Shown one piece after another: positions 1-16,750 of a stretch of 64,000 bases of DNA. The stretch comes from Camelus ferus (taxonomy: Eukaryota), in contig NC_045705.1 of NCBI RefSeq assembly GCF_009834535.1, positions 33,356,001 to 33,420,000 on the forward strand, read 5' to 3'. Each line of letters begins with the position of its first letter. Positions within the stretch are counted from its first letter, which is position 1. The notes below the pieces were generated by a model that did no database searches, had not been told where the DNA came from, and saw only the letters and a program-made list of their open reading frames with translations. The position numbers and the translations under genes are program-made.

Positions 1-185
1 CCTCTCCGATTGTCCCTTGGGGGTTACCCCTCGGCCCACCTCAGTATGGTGCTGGGTAGAGGGCATACCTGGGTTCTATCCTCTAAGTAGGGGAGACCCC
101 AGCCTCTAGACAGAGGCCCTTTTATTTTTTATTCTGATTAGCCATTTTAAACCAACAAGGAATAAAAAGAAATCCTGATCTAACC
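1..185 (+). other. ZDHHC5: 3'UTR end of the upstream gene, probably ZDHHC5, with polyA signal AATAAA at 161-166
   Basis: AATAAA at 161-166 followed by U/GU-rich sequence; position convergent with MED19 matches known mammalian synteny. No coding sequence is in the window, so the identity rests on synteny. Confidence 0.55.
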
Positions 186-1799
186 AGCTCCCCCTGACTT
201 GTGTTATTTTGTATGGTCAAGGCAGGGCGAATGATCTCTGGTGGGAAGTTACAAAGAAAACCTTGTAAGATTCTCTGATCCTGGCCCATCTTTAGGCAGG
301 AGTGTAGTGAAAATAACCACTTAAAACAAGAGGCCCTGTTTTTATTTTGGTGATTTAATTAAAATTCTGAAAAAAGTCTCTTGTAACCACCAAAACCTGT
401 CATTTCAAAGCTTAAAGAGCTCCTGACTTTTGACACAATTGTTCCTTAATATGGAATTTTGTCTCTGGAAAATGAAGCTCATTTTGGATGTAGCCAAAGG
501 GGAGCCGGTGGCTGGTCACAGTGTGAAAGCCTGTTAAAGCAGACAGACTGGAGGGATATATGGGCAGCAGTTAATTTGACATCTCATAATGTCTCTCCCA
601 TCTGTTGAAAGCAAAAGTCTGTGCCCTAATTTTAAATAGGCATCCTCAGACACCAAATCTCACAAAACTGGACAAAATCTTTTACTTTCACTGTCTACAA
701 CTTAAGTATATAAGCCCTTGCTCTGAGGTCCTAGGTTAAAACGAGCTGAATGTATGGTTTTCCACTGCTGATCTAGGAATAACCTTGGCTCATTGCAACA
801 GATTTTAACTGTTCTCTGTCAAACTGAGCTTAAATACAGATTACATCAGCTTGGGTTTTCTCATGGATGCTGCCAGTTAGCTGGCCTGCTGCAAAGACTA
901 CAGGGATTTATTTTACATTTTGCTTGTTTAGGCTGCCTTTTTGTTGCTGTCTTAGAAGCTTAGAAATGTTTTCGTATCAGTCAAATAATTTCATTGTCTT
1001 AAGGAATGAGGCAGGGCAAAAGATTTTATTATGAGGAGAAGCATTTACCTTTGCCAGAGGTTTATTTAAAAAATTCGTAGGCTTGACCAAGAAGCTACCT
1101 TGTTGAAATACCTTGGTGACGGTGGGTGCTTTTTCAGTTGGCTATTCTGTTTCAACACAGAATTCACACAGAAAACAGTTGAGCCCTAACTGGATCAGCT
1201 CCTTCAGATGAAGCCTGAAGATCACCCAGGTACTTGGTTAACATGAGCAGTGTTCTGTGTCTGCTGTGGAGAGGTATCAGCAAGCCCTGCCTCATGTTTA
1301 GACCATGCTGCCCAGTCTCATTTTGGCTGTTTCCCTGCCTGCTGATGAGATAAATGTAATACAAGACCCAAATCCCCTCAGATCTTAGCATGCCTTGGCT
1401 TAAATCCTGACTCTCATAGAAAGGCACTTACCTCTTAACAGGCAGCCACGTTTCAGCCAGTTAGATAAATGCAATTTTAAGAAAATTAAAAATCCTAACA
1501 TACCAGATAAAGTCCTAAATCAGATAAAAGTCCTAAATCAGACGAACTGCACAAAAGAGATGAAAAGAAAGCTTCCTGGGAGAGGAAGGGATGTCCATGA
1601 GAAAGCAAACGGCTGAGCCTTACAAAAGCAGGGCCCTTCTCTCTTACAATGTGTTCATCTTAACCAAGCACAGCAGGAGCTGGCTTCTGTCCCAGCAGCA
1701 GCGGACGCTCCGGAGGCAGTGACCAAGAGCCGCGAGGGCAGCTTTTGTCAGCAGGTTCAGTACAGCAGGAAGGTCATTCTGGCAGAGTCACTGGTTCTG

Positions 1800-1868
1800 T
1801 TAGCGGAGGCTGCTGCTGCTGCTGGCCTGAGAGCTGCCCATGCCCGGGTGGTCTGGACTGTGTCGGTT
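1800..1868 (-). CDS. MED19: MED19 exon 5 coding part
   Basis: Acceptor CCCCAG|; NRHSPDHPGMGSSQASSSSSLR then TAA. Confidence 0.95.
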   Translation of the reverse strand, partial: NRHSPDHPGMGSSQASSSSSLR

Positions 1869-4800
1869 CTGGGGAAGACAAAGGAAGAGTAAGAGGACAA
1901 GACTCCACCAAGGCCAGGGGTGAGATAGGGAAAAGTCACTGGGGTACAGCCACGGGCCCCTTCCCTACCTTCTTTTTCTTCTTCTCTTTCTTCTTCCTTT
2001 TCCGTTCAGGATCCTCTTCTTTTTTCTTCTTCTTCTTTTTGTGATCTGAGTCAGACGGTGTTTCTGCAGGAGACACGAGGTGCCTATCACCTGTAGAGCT
2101 CAAATTCCCCACTGATGGAACTCTGAAGACTAGAGGAAAACCCCTAGACCAGGGCAACTGCTTTTCTTCAATGACCAGAGATTCTGAGGCACTGCTCAAG
2201 CCCCTGTCCCAAGTTCCTACTTGCCCTGCAGACCCCATTATGTCAGTTCTTTCAGGAGAATTTGGGAGTCCAGGGCTCGTAGGGAACTTAATTGGGTTTT
2301 TAACTGAGGAAGGTCCAACCAGATTCAGGATGTCCGGTTTCCTGGCTTTGNNNNNNNNNNNNNNNNNNNNNNNNNNNNNNNNNNNNNNNNNNNNNNNNNN
2401 NNNNNNNNNNNNNNNNNNNNNNNNNNNNNNNNNNNNNNNNNNNNNNNNNNNNNNNNNNNNNNNNNNNNNNNNNNNNNNNNNNNNNNNNNNNNNNNNNNNN
2501 NNNNNNCCCGGCTCCCATCATCTGTTCTGCTCAGTACGTCTGTTCTGAACAGACGTGGACAGAAAAACCACCTCCATGCCTTTCAGGCCTCCCCATTTGT
2601 CTCCTTCCTCCCGAAGAGGGGACTCACCGGACCAGTATGGAGGCGGAAGCCAGCCAGCATGGTCCCTGTGATAGGATTAAAAGAGCCACCGAGAATAGGG
2701 GGCTTCTCGATGAGGGAGCGGAGGCTGCTGTTGTCATGGGAACCAGGCAGATCAATCATCCCTGGCAGGTCAGGCAGGAAGTTACTTAGCTTCTCCTTCA
2801 CTTTCTTCCCACAGAATTTATTATAGGCCTGTTCCAGGTTGTAGTGTGTGATCAGATTAGTGCTGCCTGTCAGCTCTGTGCTGCCTAGAGGATACAGGGA
2901 GAAAAATAATAAAATTAGTCCCAAGAGTTGAGCATTTTTTTTAAGTCATTGACCCAGAAGGGAAAGTTAAAGAACTATATTTTAACTTAAATAAGGAATC
3001 TTTCAAGTGATAAATTAAAAAAATATATATTTAAAAAAATAGGAAATAGCAAAAGTAAACAACAGAAACACTAGAAGTATAATACTGCAGAATGGTAGGT
3101 TGGAAGGAGGAGAAGGAAAAATAGGCAAAAATTCAAATAGGGCAGAGGTGGGAACTGCTCTGACCCAATGAAGGAGACACTCCCCTCCGACTAACCAGAG
3201 TAGTAACTTACACGATGCTTATACTCCATGCTAAACACTGTTCTGTGTTCCATAAATGTACTAGTGAGAAATTACACTCTTGGCCATGACATGACCAGCA
3301 TAACATAACCTCACAGCTCAGCTACAACCAAGCTTAGGGCCAAATATGACCCTCTGGCCTGGGTGTCTTGCTTCTCCCCACCACTTTTTTTAAACTAGCA
3401 AGAAACACTAATCACCTCTACAGAGGTGATTTACAAGAGATTTTTCTAGCTACTGCTGCCTAACTTTTGTTACCACCATCTTTATTCTTCCTAATAATAC
3501 GAATATGATGCTTTGCCAAGAAGAGATGTTTGATTAGTTGGGCAACTAGAATTCTAACCCTAGCTGTCTTCTATGCCTCAGTTTCCTCTTATCTATAGAA
3601 CAGGGTAAAAGCTATCTGAAGTACACTTAATTTTTTTCAGGGTTCAAATGAAAACATATTGAAAAATATAAAGTACTATATAAATGGAAGGCATTATTAG
3701 CATAAATATTTCATGGCTGACTTTTTTCCAAAGAATACGAACTTATTAGTAATCTAACTAGGATCCAGTGGCAAGGGTAGAAATATCTAGCCTACAATTT
3801 CATGTATAGTTATGATGAACACTCAGGGTACAAATGACAAAAGTGACTTTTTTATAACCATTCACTTGAGAAAAACTCAGATTCCGAACTATGAGCCCAC
3901 TGAGGGCAGAGAAAATGTCTTGCTCATTCGTGTATCACTGGTCCTCAACACAGTACACACACTTCACACGCAACATTCAATGAACAAGGTGTTTTTTCCT
4001 CCATACCTACAGACCTTACCCCTGTTCTTGCCCTTGTCTTCCAATGCCAGATGTCTCAGAAGAGTGGTCCACTTGAATGGCAGGAGACTCAGTGCCACGG
4101 TACTTCTCCTCATAACATGGCACTGCCTCCTGCCATTTTGGTATCCTGATTTTTCCCCCTCTGTCAGTTCCCTTTCTAGATGATTATACTCAAGGCTCAG
4201 GTGAGAGGGCACTCTGTGCTTTTTCTAAATTCTTTAACTTAAGGGTCCATCCAACTTTCTGTTTTGACCATCAGTTCTATTAAGATAATTTATAAATTTC
4301 TCTCCTCGGGCCTCACTCCTCTCCTGAAAACTAATCTTCCACTGCCAGCATCCTCTTAGTTCATTCATTGCAGATTCAGTTTTTCTTTTAACTTCAAATC
4401 TTCCCCACCTCATTCATCGTTCCTCTATTTAAACATGTGGCACACACATTCTCCAGATATCTTTAGAAGCAGTATTCAGTTCAGATATCTCAATGGTTTG
4501 CTATTCCCTTAGGAAAAAGCTTAAATTCCTTTGACTGGCACTTGTGGTTAAACACTTCTTACTGTAATTTACCTCTGGGGCCTAACCAAGCCCTATTCCC
4601 CTATACAAAATTTTTGATCCATCCAAAGGGGAATCCATCATCTGAAAAAAATACCCCTCACACTGTTTCCTTAAAAAAATTTCTTTTAGGAAAACTGACC
4701 TAATTATCGGAAAAGTCTTCCTAATTTTCTTCACCATGTTAAGTACTGCGTGCTAACAAATTGCACTACTGGGCTCCCTAATTTTCTTCACCAATATGAA

Positions 4801-5757
4801 TTTTGGCGCTTAAATTTTAGCTTTAAAGTTACCTACTCAGAGGGCTTCTCTAATCACTCTAGCTAAAGGAGTTCTGCTGCCTCAATTCTTTATCATGTTT
4901 TCTCTTTGCAGACATAACCACTCTCTGACATTCTCTTGTTTGTTACTCTTTGCCTCCTCCATTAGGCATGTAAACTCCCCAAAGGCAAGGATCTTGTCAG
5001 TCTTATTCACAGTTGCATCTTCAGCATTTAGAACAGTGCTTGGTACATAGCAGGTGCTCAAAAAAAAAAAAAAAAAAAAAAGATTTTTGAATGAAAGAAT
5101 CTGGTTCAATTCTAATCACCTCTTTAAACTGATGAGGAAATGCCGAGGCCCAGAGAAGGGAGGAAGGCAACAAGCTCCAAACTCCAAACAGATTTGGAAG
5201 TAAAATCTTAGGTCTGCAGAGATGTTGAATCAAGGCTTTCAAGTTCCATACTCAAACCCTGGGTAATTTTTTGGAAGCCATAAACCAATGTCAGGGACAG
5301 GGGCATGATACGGAGTGAAAGGTAGTCACGGAGATCCATTCTCTTCCCATCCCTAATCCATCTCAAGAATTTCTATCATCCCTTTGGTTGTGAATTTCAG
5401 AGCCCCTCGGACTTAGAGCTCGGAAATCCCGGCAAGCGTTGCCTGGGTTACTCCTCACCTAAGCCAGCGGGCTAAGAGCCACGCCCATCCCCTTCTTGCT
5501 ATGATCTGATTGGCTGGCTTTGGCCAGGCCTCGTACTCACCTGGTAGTTCCCGCATTAGGTAGAAGGGGCCACAACCTGCCGCTGACTTGTCAGCGCCGG
5601 GAGCGGCCGTGGCCGCGGTGGGGGGCGGGGCCGTGCCTGGACCCCCGCCCGGAGGAGGAGGCGGCGGGGGTGGAGGCTTTCCAGGTCCGAAGCCGAGTGC
5701 GGTTGGGGGCGGCGGTGGGTCAGCCTGAGCTCCGAAAAGCGCCGTAAAATTCTCCAT
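1800..5757 (-). CDS. MED19: Mediator subunit 19, 244 aa; join(5541..5757, 2628..2884, ~97-nt exon in gap 2351..2506, 1969..2063, 1800..1868)
   Basis: Translates MENFTALFGAQADPPPPP..., GSTELTGSTNLITHYNLEQAYNKFCGKK..., ETPSDSDHKKKKKKKEEDPERKRKKKEKKKKK, NRHSPDHPGMGSSQASSSSSLR*. GT-AG boundaries; phases close only if a 97-nt exon lies in the gap. Confidence 0.96.
1969..2063 (-). CDS. MED19: MED19 exon 4 (95 nt, Lys-rich)
   Basis: Acceptor CTGCAG|, donor AAG|GTAGGG. Confidence 0.95.
2628..2884 (-). CDS. MED19: MED19 exon 2 (257 nt)
   Basis: Acceptor CTCTAG|, donor CCG|GTGAGT; Med19 core domain. Confidence 0.96.
4960..5100 (+). mobile_element. L2 3' end (other L2 fragments at ~3885-3985, ~19150-19265, ~25200-26045, ~36000-36300, ~52340-52470)
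   Basis: TGTAAACTCC..AGGCAAGGATCTTGTC..AGAACAGTGCTTGGTACATAGCAGGTGCTCAA..TTGAATGAA. Confidence 0.7.
5541..5757 (-). CDS. MED19: MED19 coding exon 1 (217 nt)
   Basis: ATG at 5757; donor CAG|GTGAGT at 5540. Confidence 0.95.
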
Positions 5758-5759
5758 CG

Positions 5760-12986
<7,227 letters not shown>

Positions 12987-13682
12987 GATCCCTGCCTTCA
13001 GTGCTTCCTCTCCTGTGGATCCCAGCGCCTCTGAGGCCCTGCCCTTTCTGTAACCACAAGCCTTGCCTGAGGCCTTGGCCTTTTATTTATATTTCGTTGT
13101 TTGGCTATGCCTAGGTAGGGCAGGGTATTGCTTCTGATTTTTAAGAGGCATTCAGGGAAATGACAGGTACCCTCCAGGAAGGCCTCCACTTCTCTGGCCT
13201 GCTCCTTTACTGGAGGGAGAGCAAGATCTTACATGGTACGGGGGAAATGCTTTCCCTCCAAGCTTGGGCCAGTGTTTCAGCTGCTGTGTGCCACTCACAG
13301 ATCTCCACCACGCTCTGGTTTCGTTATTCCTTAGTGGCCCTACACAGCCTACTTAGATTAGGTTAAACCCTAATATAAAATGCCCAGATGCAGAGTTAGT
13401 GCTGAGATTTTTTTTCCCTCAAGGACCCTTGTTTCTCCAGGCCCTTCTGGCTTGGTCTGTGCCCTGCATTAAAAAGTATAAGCCTAACTGTTATTGGTCC
13501 CAAGGAGAAACCTCTAACCAGAGTTTTCTCATAGAACATAGTCTTGAATAATCTCTCTACTTTATGGAGACTGGGAGGAAGGGAAATAGACCTTTCAGAC
13601 TTACCTTGTGTGGTGGGACCTACAGGGTTGGAGTTCTTTTACCCTCCTTGCTACTCCCTACACCCAGTTGATCGTTTTCCAT

Positions 13683-13688
13683 AATAAA
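13683..13688 (+). terminator. TMX2: Likely TMX2 polyadenylation signal
   Basis: AATAAA ~700 nt after the stop, just before the SELENOH CpG island. Confidence 0.6.
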
Positions 13689-13749
13689 GGGACTGGCATT
13701 TACTTTTGATTGCGCCTTTGTGTGTTATTCTTGTATGAGAAATGGCTGG

Positions 13750-14297
13750 CAACTGCAGAGGAATCGCCGTCGTCTCCTTAATTCGAAAGGCAATCATGAT
13801 TAGTTTCACCAGATGCCACGCATTGGTCCCCAGGATGGGGGAGAGTTGAAGTTTTCGTTTCCCTAACCGCAGAGTTATTAAATTGGAGTATAACGTGGAG
13901 TTAGTTTGGGATTGGCCCGCGGGTTCCAGGAAGGAGGTTTGGGTAGGGGCGGGGTCATGGTGCACACCGTTTAGCTGGCCGCGCGGTTGCAGAAAAGCCT
14001 GTGAAGCTTGGCTCATTTTCCGAGCTACCCCGTCGCCCCTACCGCCAGCACTGGTGGTTCGGTCTGGCCTCGCCCCCGCCTCTGCGTGCAGAGTGCCCGT
14101 GCCCGAAGGTCCCGCCTCCAGACCACGTGTGCGCCCTGCGCCACGCTTTCTGCGGCTTTGGGGAGGTTTTGGTCCGGGAGCCAGATTTCTGGCCCGCGGT
14201 TTGGAGCTCGGAGCGGGCCCGGCCTCTGCCCGGTGACCGCATCTCCACCCTATTCCCGCCCTAGGTCGGCTCGGTTCCCAGCCGGGCCCCAGGCGCC
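13750..14297 (+). promoter_or_regulatory. SELENOH: SELENOH CpG-island promoter and 5' region
   Basis: CpG-rich; several ATTGG boxes (~13822, ~13882, ~13911), GC box ~13946, E-box CACGTG ~14123; possible 5'UTR acceptor CCCTAG| at 14264. Confidence 0.7.
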
Positions 14298-14419
14298 ATG
14301 GCTCCCCGCGGGAAGAAGCGAAAGGCCGAGGCGGCGCCGGTCCCGGCGGCCGAGAAGCGGGAGAAGCCAGCGAGCGGCCAGAAGGGAGTGGAGGAGGCGA
14401 GTGTCGTTATCGAGCATTG
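14298..14419 (+). CDS. SELENOH: SELENOH first coding exon
   Basis: Strong Kozak GCGCCATGG; donor TTG|GTGAGG. Confidence 0.95.
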
Positions 14420-14897
14420 GTGAGGGGTCTGGGGAGTACCGGGGACGGGCAGGGGCGCCGCAGACCGACGGCTCCAGCCTCTGACCTTCCCCATCTCTCT
14501 AGCACGAGCTGACGCGTCTACGGGCGCAACGCCGCGGCCCTGAGCGAGGCGCTGCGCCTGGAGGCCCCGGAACTTCCTGTGAAGGTGAACCCGACCAAGC
14601 CTCGGAGGGGCAGCTTCGAGGTGACGCTGCTGCGCCCCGACGGCAGCAGTGAGTGGGGCCCAGGTCTGGGGCGCCGGGCGGGGAGTTGCTTCGGTCCTAG
14701 GCGAGGAAGGTCGGTCTCATACCGCCGCCACCTGATGATTTCGGGGAGATGTTGGTGGATTCTAAAGTAACTTCGCTTTCCGCGGTCTCTCCCCAGCTGC
14801 GGAGCTCTGGACTGGGATTAAGAAGGGGCCCCCGCGCAAACTTAAGTTCCCTGAGCCTCAAGAGGTGGTGGAGGAGCTGAAGAAGTACCTTTCGTAG
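14298..14897 (+). CDS. SELENOH: Selenoprotein H, 122 aa; join(14298..14419, 14503..14648, 14797..14897), Sec = TGA at 14510-14512
   Basis: MAPRGKKRKAE...VVIEHCTSURVYGRNA...RRGSFEVTLLRPDGSTAELWTGIKKGPPRKLKFPEPQEVVEELKKYLS*. 369 nt, CxxU motif, SECIS downstream. Confidence 0.97.
14503..14648 (+). CDS. SELENOH: SELENOH exon containing the UGA-Sec codon
   Basis: CTCTAG|C ACG AGC TGA CGC; donor GCA|GTGAGT. Confidence 0.95.
14797..14897 (+). CDS. SELENOH: SELENOH last coding exon (exon continues to a donor at ~14927)
   Basis: CCCCAG|; TAG at 14895-14897; probable 3'UTR donor GAG|GTTTGA at 14927. Confidence 0.93.
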
Positions 14898-15780
14898 GGA
14901 GGTTTGGGCGGAAGTCCTCACTCTGAGGTTTGAAATGGGGAATGAGGAGGAATGGGTTGATTTTGTGCCTATTTGTGAAGCAGCCCTTAGTGTTACCCCT
15001 CATTTCACACAGGACATACATTTTCATAACTCGTTTCTACTCTCAGGATTTCCTCTAGTGGGAATACCTCTTCCCCTTTTTATTGGTGGGAAAAACTGAA
15101 GTCTGCAACAACAAAAAAACTTATTCCTATCCAGGGCGCCCTATGCTAACTACCTTGTTTCATTTCACCGTCTTTGAGCCTAAGGCGTGGAATACCGGTG
15201 GTAATGTAAATAACTCTTTATAGAAATGCAATTAGTGTCCTTAGGGGATGCAGTTAATTGTTGCCCTCGGGGTATGGACCAGTTTAATTTATATTTGTTA
15301 AAAAAAACTAATCTTCTACATCCCTGATGGCACGTTTTGATTCGCTGAACCGGTTACCTCATTTATGAATGAAACAAAATCATTCACAACTGTTTTATTT
15401 GTATGAGTCGTGACTTCCCCCTTCTACCAGCCAAATCTGTATTAACTTCAGGAATACTCCTGTCCTCTTGTGTTGTTACCAGTGTGTTTTTTCTGTTATA
15501 ACCCCGTGAGATAACCCTGCAGTATGGTACCCTCACTCCTGGTCACGGGATCTGACCTTGTCTTTATCCCTAGTGTTTCATACAGTGCTGTGGCATGTTG
15601 TCAGGACTTGATATATTGAGTGAGATTTGGGGGGAGGACGCAATCCTTGAGCTCTCCTGGGTTTGTAGGTTTAAAGGTGGGGGACATGTCGTCTTCCTTG
15701 GACTGACTATATATGATTGCCTGGATCCCTTCTCTAACTTATCTTCCCCTCTCATTTTCACAGCCTTGGTCCCTGGTGAT

Positions 15781-15845
15781 GTTGGAGCATTTATGACGGG
15801 ACATGGCCAAACTTCAGTCATGTACCTGAAGCCATGGTTTCTTCC
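15781..15845 (+). promoter_or_regulatory. SELENOH: SECIS element of SELENOH
   Basis: ATGA (15793-96), helix GGGACATGGC, AAA (15809-11), GTCATGTACC, TGAA (15827-30): standard eukaryotic SECIS core with kink-turn quartet. Lies in the 3'UTR exon starting at acceptor TTCACAG| 15764. Confidence 0.92.
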
Positions 15846-15913
15846 CCTCCAGAAATGATGGTTCAGTAGTGAGGCAACCCTCTAATAAGGCATTGAAAAG
15901 TTCCTGGATTTTG

Positions 15914-15934
15914 TTTAATAAAAATTAAAATAAA
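15914..15934. terminator. SELENOH: SELENOH polyA signals (AATAAA 15917-22 and 15929-34), overlapping a minus-strand ATTAAA (15914-19)
   Basis: TTTAATAAAAATTAAAATAAA seen directly, ~90 nt after the SECIS. Confidence 0.8.
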
Positions 15935-16273
15935 GTATCTGCGTTGATATGAAAATATGGGTCATAAAGTAAAACTTAATGTTACGTCAAGGGACGTGGC
16001 AAACCAGCCTTATTGGATTGTTCCCCCTTGTGTTTTTCATAGCCTAAGGTTACCAATTAACCTGGAACTCCTATGGTCCCCGTTAGAGTATCTGAAATAC
16101 TTGTAAAAACTATGGGGGGAAAGTAATTTATTTTTTAAAAAGCAACTGTCTTTCAACTCACTTCTTGGAAGTGATGATGGAAGTATGTTTTCCTGGCCCC
16201 TGCGGAGGTTTTGGCTTACCATACTGGCAATGAATAAGCCACACATGTAGGTACTGGACAACATCCCGTCACG

Positions 16274-16321
16274 CCCACCCCACTTAGTGTTCCACCTCCC
16301 ACCCCACTTAGTGTTCCACCT
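16274..16321. repeat. Perfect 24-bp tandem duplication (CCCACCCCACTTAGTGTTCCACCT x2)
   Basis: Seen directly. Confidence 0.95.
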
Positions 16322-16750
16322 CAGCACTGCTTCATACCTTCTGGAACATTTTCTCTATACAGAATGCCCACCACAGAGAGTGGTCTTTCTCAACTTTTCC
16401 TAAATAAGTGGTGATTAGATGCCTCATGACTTGGGAGACCTGGCTTTGGCTATTACCTATGACCCACTAGAGTTGGCAACCACACGGTTTATTGTTTTGC
16501 TTGTTTGTTACTAACTGGAAAATAGATTATAAAGAAGTAAGGTGGTTCAAGTTCATAATTTTCTAACCATGGTATTACTTCTGCCTGGCTCCAAAAGCCT
16601 GGGGAAGGAAGGAGAGGCCCTATAGAGTGAGCTAGGGACACAACTGCCCCTTGTGCTAAGAGGACAGGGCATGTGCTTGCCTGTCAGTGTATCTTTTGCT
16701 AGCCAACATTTCCCACCCTCCCAGTGCCTCCAACCTGCCTCCCCACTCCA

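Noticed and set aside
1504-1542. 17/18-bp near-perfect tandem duplication (CAGATAAAGTCCTAAAT) in the MED19 3' region
   Set aside because: Simple slippage repeat with no sign of function. The MED19 polyA site also could not be fixed among candidates at 907, 1025 and 1061.
13883-14494. Several overlapping ORFs (117-158 aa) in the SELENOH island
   Set aside because: Expected from stop-poor GC-rich DNA; the spliced SELENOH frame explains the region.
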